64,000 nucleotides of DNA from Monocercomonoides exilis PA203. Lineage: Eukaryota > Protista > Preaxostyla. This document shows, piece by piece, positions 43,557 through 54,700 of this stretch (position 1 is the first letter of the stretch; each line of letters opens with the position of its first letter). Position numbers and translations under genes: made by a program. The notes under the pieces are model-generated. The model was given only the letters and a program-made list of their open reading frames with translations, did not search any database and was not told the origin of the DNA. The stretch is from positions 186,001 through 250,000 of the forward strand of contig LSRY02000010.1 of NCBI GenBank assembly GCA_001643675.2, given 5' to 3'.

Positions 43557-44406
43557 ATGTCGATGACTATTGTTTGGATTTGATCATTTCTTTGCTTAAA
43601 ACTAATTGAAATACATGTTTTTTCTTTTGATAGAGCATGAAAACAGTGGTTATTGGAGATGGAGCAGTTGGAAAATCATGCATGCTCTTATCTTATGCGA
43701 AAAACATATTTCCTCCTGAATACGTCATGACCATATTTGACAATGAAGAAGTTCTTCTTGTTGTAGATGAAAAAACTGTCCATATGATGTTGTGGGACAC
43801 AGCAGGACAAGAAGAATATGATAGATTGCGAGCTCTTGCTTTTCCTGGAACTGATGTGTTCATGATTTGCTTCTCTTTATGCGACTCTAACTCATTAAAA
43901 AATGTTAAAGACAAGGTGTACATTTTTGGATTATTCTGCGCGATGAAAGTGCAAATAAAAATTTTTATTTTTCTTATTTTTTTATTAAATCGCAATAGTG
44001 GCTTCCGGAAATCAAAGAGTTTATTCAGGATACGCCTGTTGTACTTGTGGGAACTAAAATGGATATTAGAGATGAAAATATTGGAACTTCATTAGATTAT
44101 GTGACGACTGAAGCAGTATGACATTTTTTTTATTCGCTGAATTCTTTAATAATATGTTTTTGTTTTCCTCCACGAACTGTGCGTTCTTTTGTTTATTATT
44201 TTTCTCTTAACTGTTAAATGAATGTAATTTTTATTCGTTTTCAGGGTCAGCAATTTGCAAAGCAAAACGGATTATCTGCTTATGTTGAGTGTTCTGCAAA
44301 AACGCAAGATAATTTGTCAAATGTGTTTGAAACAGTTGCTCGAGAATATTTTAAAGCACATGAAGTTCACCACAAAAAGGAGAAAGCGTGTTGTTCAATT
44401 CTGTAA
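43557..44406 (+). CDS. Rho/Rac-family small GTPase (exons about 43557-43571, 43634-43916, 43999-44115, 44245-44406)
   Basis: GDGAVGKS, TIFDN, LWDTAGQEEYDRLR, LVGTKMD, YVECSAKTQ, and C-terminal CSIL CaaX box. The short first exon is inferred. Confidence 0.93.
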
Positions 44407-44904
44407 ATTATATTATATCGGTGTTAATGGAACTATTCAGAGGAACTGCCAATATTTTATGTTAATCAAGTATTCAGATTTAAATATTTAGAAGTCCATG
44501 TTAAGAGCGTTGGCTTTTTCTCAAAGAAATTGCCTTTTTCTTTGTTGCTAAATGTTTGAAAATGCTATTTTAGTATTTTTTTTTTTTTTCTTGTAAGTTC
44601 GAAAATATGTTTTAATTGTTGTTTATTCAATTATATTTTTGAGTTTAAAGAAATTTTGCAGAAACCTTTGCGCTATCCTTCATTTTATTTGTTTTATTTG
44701 TTTTATTAAAAGTGTTGTTTTGAGTTGTGTTTTGATATTTTAATTTTTATTTTTTTTTTTTAGTTATTTTATTTTGAAAAAAAATATTTTGTTACGAATA
44801 TTTTACGATTGTAATGAAATTTACGTTTTCATATCATGAAAGTTTCGAATAATTGTGTTTATTTTTCTTTGATAATATTTTTTCCACAAATTAAAAATTA
44901 TTTA

Positions 44905-46980
44905 GGGTCAGTTATTTATTGGGACCCTTTTTTTTTATTGGGACCTTTTTTTTTGATATGAAAAAATATTAAATAAAAATTAAAAAAACACAAATGACGA
45001 ATCCAATTTACGTATAACTTTTCTTTTTCCTTTTTTTCTTTCAATTACATTGATTTCTTCCTTTTCATTTTCATGATCATCATCTTTCACTTCAAATTTT
45101 CTCTTTATTTTTTTCATTTCAACCAAAGACTCTAACTCATTATCGTCTTTTTGCTCTTCTTTTTTCATTTCTTCAGAAGAATTCTTTACATCATCAACTT
45201 TTTCTTCCTTTTCTTCTTTTTCTTCTTTTTCTTCTTTTTCTTCTTCTTTAATTCCCAAATGTTCATACCAATCATTCAGTAGCTTCTCATCAGTAATTAA
45301 TTTGCCATAGAAGTCGAATCTGTTTGAATGAGTTGAAGGTTGATATTCCGATGTTTCTGGCAGCTTCATGAGAATCGGCCCAGATTCGTTATGAAGAACT
45401 CCACTCGTTGCGAAGGCTTTTTTAATGACAGCAGGTGAGAGGGCGGTATGAATTGCTTGAGGGAGAACATCCACAAGAGCTGTTCTTTTCGATGAAGATG
45501 TCGATGAAGATGGAGGTTCATATTTTGTTTGCAACTCTGTTTTCAGAACAGCGAAGACTCCTCTGTCAAGAGGCTGTGCGATATGTGTGCTGTGAGGAAT
45601 GAATGTGACGACGTCGATATTTTCTTTTTGAAATTCTCTCCAGATTGTTGGATCTGCGCGAGAAATGTGTGAGTCGATGAGAAGCAAGCAGCGAGAGTTT
45701 TCCAGTGACATGCGCTTTCTGCGATCGATTATTCCTTGAAGGAGTGTTGAAAGTGCGTATTTTTTGAATTGATTGCAGCCCATCCAACCACTTCCGTTCG
45801 GCCAGATATCCAAAGTCTGTGACAACAGCGGCTTCATTTCATCAGGAAGACTTTTGCTAGGCCATAGAATCACAGAAGGAAGTGCAAATCCATCAGCAGC
45901 CACAGCAGCGACCAGAGTCGAATTCGCCATTTTCGGTGGTTCTTTGCGAAATCCTGGATTTTCATTTTTTGGATGAACCACGCTCAGCTTAGAATTGGTA
46001 GGAACTCTCAGTGAAGACTCATCCATATTAAATATCAATTCTTTGCAGTATTCATTTTTTTCATGTAAGCCGTCCAGCAATGAATACCAGGGCTGTAGAA
46101 CACTTTGGCACGACACCGCAAGGCGATTAACATCAACATTTTTCGGCGAACTTCTCTTTAGCTCTGGATGGCGCTTAACAAATTGGTAAGCCGTAGCCAT
46201 TGAAACGTTAACGTATGGGGCGTCTTCGTCGTCTGTATCATTTATGACATTTTCCATCTAATATATTTATTAGAATTATTAATTATTTAACAACAACAAA
46301 CCAGTTCGCGAACTTTCCGTATAGGCAAACAGCTTCCAGATCTTGATTCAATGATTATTTCATCCAGAACAATTTGTTCTTTGTCTCCTATAACAAATTG
46401 CGGTCTTCCCACTTTTGAAACCAGCCTTTTGCTTCTCAGCGCCCGAACAGCGTTTTTGATCCTTTTTCGTGAGAATTCCATGGAGTTTATAGCGTCTGTA
46501 ATCCTGACAACTCCATCAACCACAATGCGCGCCATCCGTTCCAGCCGATTGTCAATCCTTCTGAAATCGAAAGATTTCATTGCAGCACGTAATTTCCTTT
46601 GTCCAGCAATTCTCTTTTGTTCCACAGCAATTTTCATTTTTTTATTATGGTTATGATCTTAAGTCCAATTTATTAATTTATTAATTTTAATTTTCAATTT
46701 TCATTGAAATTAAATTTTTATTTACATTCAATACGAATTTAAATGGTTTTATACCCCTTGTTACACACCTATTTATTTATTTTTTTCGATGGAAGGGATT
46801 AACCCCCCCATCTCCCCCCCATTGGAAATAGGCTTCGTATTCAAATGTAATTTTCCTAATTTTCAGGGTTTGCTTATATACTGATAATGTTTATAAATAT
46901 ATAAAAAGTGGGAATTTTAATTTTCTTTTTAAAAATTTCGGCACCGTTAAAAAAAAAAGGTCCCGATTAATTACTGACCC
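44905..46980 (-). mobile_element. pogo/Fot-like (Tc1-mariner superfamily) DNA transposon, apparently autonomous (element A)
   Basis: TIRs GGGTCAGTTATTTATTGGGACC and GGTCCCGATTAATTACTGACCC, TA on both flanks, enclosing a DDE_1-type transposase gene. Confidence 0.92.
44980..46637 (-). CDS. pogo-like DD35D transposase, 2 exons (46637-46302, 46257-44980), 537 aa
   Basis: A 44-nt GT..AG intron (46301-46258) joins the two ORFs in frame. Catalytic motifs IFNMDES, LLLIDSH and HIAQPLD have 35 residues between the second and third Asp. VGRP precedes the second HTH. No internal stops. Confidence 0.9.
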
Positions 46981-46986
46981 TATTTA

Positions 46987-48980
46987 GGGTGATTTAAAAA
47001 CCCGGACTATTTTTAGAATTCATATTTCTCGACGAGTTTCAAAAATTAAATTATAATAATTCTCACATTCATGCATCAGTATATAACACATCTAACTATA
47101 TACAAATTTTTATTTGTTGTGCTGTATATTTTTTTAAATAAATAATTTTTATTTTTGAAAATCCGACTTTTGATGAATTTTTCTATATTAATAAAACGAT
47201 TCAATTCATTTTTTATTCACACAACTTATTTTTACTACGTTATTAACAATTCTGGTTATTTTTTATTTTTGCTTATTTGCTCTTTCTAACTGAATGAAAA
47301 TCTGTCATTTTTGAAAAATCATTGTCAATGGGATAACAAAAAATATATTTTTTGCAAAACACAAAAACATCCAAGTTAATTTAACACATGCAAAAATAAA
47401 TATGATAGTTGTATAAAATTTCTTCGTTGATGAAATTCAAAATGATTCAGTAGGTATTTCATAAAACACAATTTTGTAATAATTTCAAAGAAAATGAACA
47501 AAAATAATCATCAATCAAAAAAACAAAATACATTTATGAAAATTTGACTGAAGCAATTTAGATTATAACTCTGTGGTAATATTTTATAATTATTATTTAA
47601 ATGGCTCCAAGTGTTAAATTAACTTGGATGTTTTTGTGTTTTGCAAAAAATATATTTTTTGTTATCCCATTGACAATGATTTTTCAAAAATGACAGATTT
47701 TCATTCAGTTAGAAAGAGCAAATAAGCAAAAATAAAAAATAACCAGAATTGTTAATAACGTAGTAAAAATAAGTTGTGTGAATAAAAAATGAATTGAATC
47801 GTTTTATTAATATAGAAAAATTCATCAAAAGTCGGATTTTCAAAAATAAAAATTATTTATTTAAAAAAATATACAGCACAACAAATAAAAATTTGTATAT
47901 AGGGTCAGTGATTAATCATATCCCCTTTTTTTTATCGGGACCTAAATTTTCTGGCTCACAGGAGCACTTTCAGTAAAAAATAAATAATAGAAAACCTTTT
48001 TTTAACTTTTATATACTATGCCAGAAAATATTTTTTATTTTTTTTTATTTCTGTTAATAGATCTGGAATTTTTTGTTTTATTTTTCTGATCAAAGACTTG
48101 CTCATATTTTCACGAGCTTTTTGTTTTGAGATTTTTTAGTGTTGTTATTGTTATTGAACAAAACTTCTTTATAATTTTGGTTATTTAATATTATTAAACA
48201 CTTCGTTTTTTTATTATTTTTTGCATTTCACTAAATTTCGATAAAATTAAAAATAAAATGTGAAATTAGAGTTAGCATGTTTTTGTTCATAAAAGAATAG
48301 TTAAAAAACTGATTGATATGTGTATCGCCTAAATTTTGAAAGGAAAAAATATGATTTGAAGTTAAAAACACAAAAATACACAAAAACATGTTTTTTTGAA
48401 TAATAATCTCGATCGTTAAAAATTAAAGATTATCTTATATCTGATTACCTTTATTTGTTGATAATTAATAAATTTACGCTTTCAAATTAACGAAAAAACT
48501 TATTTATTCAGATGCATTCTTCAATTTGTCGAAATTTAGTGAAATGCAAAAAATAATAAAAAAACGAAGTGTTTAATAATATTAAATAACCAAAATTATA
48601 AAGAAGTTTTGTTCAATAACAATAACAACACTAAAAAATCTCAAAACAAAAAGCTCGTGAAAATATGAGCAAGTCTTTGATCAGAAAAATAAAACAAAAA
48701 ATTCCAGATCTATTAACAGAAATAAAAAAAAATAAAAAATATTTTCTGGCATAGTATATAAAAGTTAAAAAAAGGTTTTCTATTATTTATTTTTTTCTGA
48801 AAGTGCTCTTGAGAGCCAGAAAATTTAGGTCCCGATAAAAAAAAGGGGATATGATAAATTACTGACCCTAGTTAGATGTGTTATATACTGATGCATGAAT
48901 GTGAGAATTATTATAATTTAATTTTTGAAACTCGTCGAGAAATATGAATTCTAAAAATAGTCCGGGTTTTTTTATCACCC
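46987..48980. mobile_element. Palindromic MITE B (about 1.0 kb, 401-bp arms, TA TSD), interrupted by MITE C
   Basis: Left arm 46987-47387 is the reverse complement of 47611-47901 plus 48871-48980. Termini are GGGTGAT..ATCACCC, flanked by TA. Confidence 0.93.
47902..48868. mobile_element. Palindromic MITE C (967 bp, about 340-bp arms, TA TSD) nested in the right arm of MITE B
   Basis: Arms 47902-48241 and 48529-48868 are near-perfect reverse complements. Termini GGGTCAGT..ACTGACCC are shared with element A. Comparison with B's uninterrupted left arm shows that exactly TA was duplicated. Confidence 0.95.
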
Positions 48981-49337
48981 TATCTGGACTTTTTTATTTT
49001 TGTTCATAAAAAAGTGAATGATGTTTGTTTTCAAATTGTGTGAAAAGCTTTAAAAAAAAGAAAAGAAAAGAAAAAGGAAAGATGAGAAAAAAATAAAGTT
49101 CAAAAACATATTCGACACAAACAATTGATGGTGAAAATTTTCTTGAATGCTTTTGATTTAACAAGAAGCTTATTTGAACATTTTTGGAAATATATATACA
49201 TATATAAACTAATCATTTTGTTTGTTAAAATTCTAAAATTTAAATTTCAATATATTATGATTAAAATGGAAAATGATTATTGAAAAATTCCAAAAAATTT
49301 TTATTTATGTAAAATGGATATTTGATCAAACAAAGTG

Positions 49338-50829
49338 ATGATATCTATTTTTATTTTGTTTGTGGCTGTCTCCTCATATTTTTGCGTTACAGGATACAAT
49401 GTTGAAATTTGGGGAAACGCTGACGGACATGAAAAGCTCATAGAGCAACTTACATCATCCGACATTTTATTTGAAGAAACAGATCGACCTCGACCTCTTT
49501 TAGAGTTTGGTGAATGGAGAAAAGATGGAGTTATGATATTTACAGACGATTTCGATGAGGCTCCAGTTATCGATTTTGTTAATAGTGGTCGTAGTGTCAT
49601 GATTTTTTTGAACGAGGAATCTGAAAAAAGTTTTAGCTTTTGCGAGGAATTAGGAGTTGAAATTAGCGATTCATTTGACAAACAGGGAAAATGCCACTAT
49701 CGCTCACCTGCTCAAGATTTTGAAAGGGATGTTTCTTGCGAAGGTCATTCATTTTCCATTCAAAATCCTGCTCATGCGCATTATTATTCAGTAATTAAAA
49801 ATTCAAAAGGAAAAGCCTACGCCTTCGCGATTCAAGGCGACAACGATGCACGTGTTGTTATTTTTGGAAGCGAACTGTTTGGCGCTGATACTGAAAACGA
49901 TGATCTTCTTGAAGTTGCTGTTGATCTTGGGTTGTGGGCTTTCCATAAGCGTGGAGTTATGCGCGCAAGAGAAATTCATTACAATAGGATCAATGAAAGA
50001 ATCGACAATCCACCAGAATTAGCAATATCTGATGTCATTGTTTGTTAACGTAAATTATGAAATAGAAATTTTTATCTTTACAATTTGCGTAATACGTTTT
50101 CCAATTCCTGTAGGATTTTAGCATAATTTTGGAAACTTTTGACTTTGAAAAGCAAGAATGGGTTGGATATTCCGCGGATGATGTTCAACTTGAGTTTTCT
50201 ATGCTTGTGCCAAGAATAAGAAAGACTTTGGAGAACAGAGGAAAGTGTGATTTGTTATTTTTATGGAAAATAATGTTCATTCAACACTTTACGATTTATT
50301 TAATGATTATTGAATTGTTTTCAACAAATATTTTTTATAAAATGTTTTTAACAATTATAATTTTTATAATTAATTATTATTATTATTATAATTATTATTA
50401 TGTTTTTAATAATAATGTTTTTGTTTTCAAATTAGAGGAGTATTTGGTCTCACATTCAAGTGCCCCGATATCTTTGGCGTGTATCAATTTATCGTGAATT
50501 ATCAAGCTCAGGGATTCACTCCAATAAACATCACACACCAGGTGAATCTCCGTCCGTTACGCCACGATGAGCATCCACGATACGTCACGTCTGCATATCC
50601 GTTTTATGCTGCCTCTGGAATTATGTGTGTAGCTGTATGTGTGGTTGCCCTTGTCTTTGCTTCACAGGCACCGTTGTTCAAAGAGCATATAAAAATTTCA
50701 AATAATGGCGAAAAGAAAAATTTGTCTTCTGGCTCGTCTTCATTAAGTCCGAATGTTGAATTTAAAGGAAAAGGAAAACAAATTGCTAGAAGCACATCAA
50801 AAGAGAGAAAATTAGAGAAATATAATTAA
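49338..50829 (+). CDS. WBP1: Oligosaccharyltransferase 48-kDa subunit (OST48/DDOST/WBP1), 3 exons
   Basis: Signal peptide, QGDNDARVVIFGS, WAFHKRGVMR, ADDVQLEFSML.PRIRKTL, FKCPDIFGVYQFIVNY, LRPLRHDEHPRYVTSAYPFYAAS, then a TM helix. Confidence 0.9.
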
Positions 50830-51778
50830 ACGTGACTAAAGTTTTTATTATTCCGCTGAAACACTTCATGTGCTTTTTTTCACTATAAATTTCTAACTTT
50901 TCTTTCTTAATAATAATTGCGTTAACTCATATTTACTATCTGTAATGATTGAAGAAAGTGTTATACAAATGGAAACTTCGACAGCTCTGTTAATGCATGC
51001 TGGATATTTCACCTCACTGTTTGTATTTGGTTTTGTAACTTTGAAGAATCTTAAATAAACGCAAAATAAGAGATACTAACGGAAATACAGAAGAAAAATG
51101 AAGAAAAGGGGAAAGGCTTGTTGTTGATCTTTATGAATGCTCTCTTTTGCTCAATATCTGTCTTTAAATGTGACGAAAGAAATGATTGATATTTGAGTGG
51201 CTATTTTCTGAAAATAACATTCTTAAGAGAGGAAAGAGAGGAAATTTAAAAAGAAGAGTGTTCGAAAAGATGAAAGAATAAGAAAATTATGATGTGATAA
51301 CAAGCTTTTGTGAACCATTTGATTTTCTTGGAATAGAAAATTTTGTTTATTTTCTTTGAATATTTCTGATAATTTTTTGAATGATAAAGGAAACAATATG
51401 ATTGCATAAAACGTTATGAAGTTCAGCTTTCCATATTCCATTGATATGAAACTCGACAAACACATTCTTTCTTGTTAGAGAAAAAAATGATATTTTGATT
51501 CTTTCTAAAATCAGAACAAATCAACAAGCAAACAAGCAAGCAAATGAATTAATCAATAAAGTGAGAAAGATTGAAAACAGTCAAAATTCACAATTGAACT
51601 TTTTTTAATACATCAATTCTTTGCTCTTATTGCAGTTATCGATATTCAATTAGCTTATTGAAAACCATTTGATAATTTGATTTAATATCAATGTTTTCGA
51701 CATAATTCCAATAATATTTCTCTTTTCATAATATTTTCAAACAATATTATATTGAAAAAACTTTGTGAAACTTTTAAT

Positions 51779-54700
51779 ATGGTTCTGCAGGATTTTTCTA
51801 AAAAAAAGATCATTTTCGTTTATTTTTTATCGAAAGCATCCATCAGGAACAAAAGCTGTTCAACCTCATTTTCACAAAATATTTCCTGCATGTCGGAGCT
51901 TCATGTGCACAAAAGTGTTCGTTTCACCTGGAAATTTCTTCTTGCAGCATTTCTGATAAAAAGCAACGAAATCATTTCAGTTCCTGCAGCCCAAATTACC
52001 ACAGATGATGATTTTGTTCAGGATGTGAACAGAAGAGAACAGCCAGAAAATTATGGTGCTTGCAGTCGAGTTTGGAGACAAAAAAAGATTCACGAGAACA
52101 TTCGTCACACATCGTTGTTTATGTTCTCAACTTTGGCCAATTCCTCGCTCCACTTCTCCACAATGCAGTTTTTCACCACCTCTCTGAATGGCAACATCCT
52201 GGATATGCATGGCTCCGAGTGTCTGCTGCATTCCTGCTGTTGTGTTCTGGCAAGGGATTTGCAGCAGTCGTTGTTTGCGATGAACGATGGTGATTGCATC
52301 CGCCTCGTGAACTTTTCTTTGCTTTCAGCTTTTGATTGCCAGCTCCGCTCTTTGGTGCTCAACCCTCCTCGTTCCTTGTCCAACTCTGCAAATTGCGAAC
52401 TGTCTGTTTGCTCGTGTGCCTTTGCTTCGTTTGGGGTTGTCGACCCTCCCTTTTTGGCACCTTCAATCTGCTCGCATGTTCTCATATCCCACTGTGCACT
52501 CGCAAACATCACCAGAAGCACAAGGGGCTGTGACTGCAGAACAATGAAAGCACAGATTTCGCAGGATATGTTGAGCTGCAGTTTTGAGGGAGTGGAGGAT
52601 GTGTTTTATGATGGGATTGTTTCCTCCATCAACTCCCCACAAACAGCATCTCTTCATTCACTGAACAACACATTCAATCGCAACATGCGAAAGTCAAATT
52701 TGAATGAGCAATTCATTGGAACAGGTATTAACAGATCTATTTCTTGCTCCTTCATGAATGACACTTTCACAAATTGCATCTCCGAAATTGAAGGAGATGA
52801 AATTGCGAATGGAGGAGCTGCCATTAGTATTCGAGGTGATTCGAGTGAACTCAATGTGGAATCATGCTCATTTATCAACTCCACCGCAAAATACTTTGCA
52901 ACAATTCTCGCAAGAAATTTAAAATCTATGTCTGTTAACAATTCATCAATAATTAATGGAACTGCCAAACCAAATCACGTTGGAGGAATCATGTGCTATG
53001 ATCCTTTTTCAGAAGGGGTGAGTACATCTCACTGTGTGTTTATGAACAATAATGCATCGAGAATTGCAGCCTTATATTATTACAGGCAGAACGCTTCAAC
53101 GTTGAACACATTAAGCGTGATCGACTGCGATTTTGAAAATAACATTGCAAGAGATGCGTATGCAGGAGCATTTGGAACACGAGATGGATTGACAGGAATA
53201 TTCAGGATGAGTGAATGCAAGTTTGTGAACAACAAAGCAAAATATGGCGGGGCATTGTACTTCGAAGCCTATTCTCCGCCAGCTGATAATCCAAAGCCGA
53301 AATTCATGTTGTTCTGCTATTTCCACAACAATGTGGCAAGCGACAAGCAGGGGCATGATTTGTATTTTGTTCCGCTTGTGCTGACAGAAACACCGTTTGA
53401 GCAGTCATCATCAACAAACAGGCAGAATAGGGTGTTCTACAATAATTCTGCCACTGGATACGATTTCTGGCTGGCATATCCAGTGCGATATGTGCATGCA
53501 TCAAATGGGTCTGATGGGGCTGGGTGTGGCGAAGAGGAAGAGGAGGGGGAGAGATGTGAAACAATCCACTATGCGCTGCAGGAGCTGAAGAACCCGTATG
53601 GGGGAGACATCGTGTTGCTGCCTTCGGCATTCAGTCCGAATGAGGCTTTGGTGCTCAGTGGGATGGTGGTGAATATGTGTGGGAAAGGGAGCGAGAAACC
53701 AGGGATCGCAGTTCCAGAAAGGGTGGGAGGACCGTTTGTGGACATATCAGGGGGGTTGGTGAATGTGAGCAGTGTGGCAATAACGAAGAGCACAAACGAG
53801 CAGATGTCGCTGGTGAGAGTGGGAGACTCGGGATTGTTGGTGTTCAGCAAGGCAGAAATAGCATGCAACTGCGCTCCACAGACAGAATATGTGGAGAGTG
53901 TGTTTGTGGTTGAAGATGGGGTGCTGGTGCTGGAGTTGAGCACGATCTCGCTGTTTGTGCTGAAGGGCAAGCCGCTGGTGGAGTGGGCAGCGTCAGGGCA
54001 TGTGCGAGTGGCAGACTCAGTGTTTCGGTACATCAGCCGGGTGGAAGGGGATGGGAGTGTGTTTGAGAAAAGACTGGGGAGGCAGGAGGTGGTGGAGCTG
54101 GGGAATGTGAGTTTTGAGAGATGCATGTGCGGGAAAGGGAATGGCGGGGCAGTTGCGGTGTGGCTGGGGGAGGAGAGCGGGGTGGCGATTGGGAACAATT
54201 CGTGTGTCAGGTTTGATGGATGCAGTGTGGGAGCTGAGGGGGAGCAGAAGGGGAAAGGAGGCGGGGTGTATGTGAAGGCTGTGGAGGGTGGAGAGCAGGC
54301 AGGACAGGCAGGACAGTCTGGGTGGTTTGTGTTTGGGAGGGAAGTTGTGTTTTCAGGGTGCGAGGGGTGGAGGGGGAAGAATGTGTTTGTGGATGTGAAA
54401 AATCTGAATTGGTCGGTGAGTGTTTCGAGCATGCAGTTTGAGGTGAAGTTTGAGGCAGAGAATCACAAGGAGCTGATGGGGTTTGAAGGCGGAGACGAAT
54501 CGTATGCAATCCCTCTGTGCCTGTATCTGCAGGAGTTTGGAGATCCAGGGTTTGTGGGGGGAGCGAACAGCCGGGACTTCAGCGGGTGTGGATATCGCGG
54601 GTATGGGTGCAGCACACTGGCACACATTGCTCAACTGCGGTTTGGGGGGTTGAACAAGAACATTGTGTTGGAGGAAGGGTTTGTGTGGGAGGAGAAGGTG

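Noticed and set aside
47794-47976. 60-aa ORF in the MITE region
   Set aside because: Spans the MITE B/C junction in non-coding palindromic DNA.
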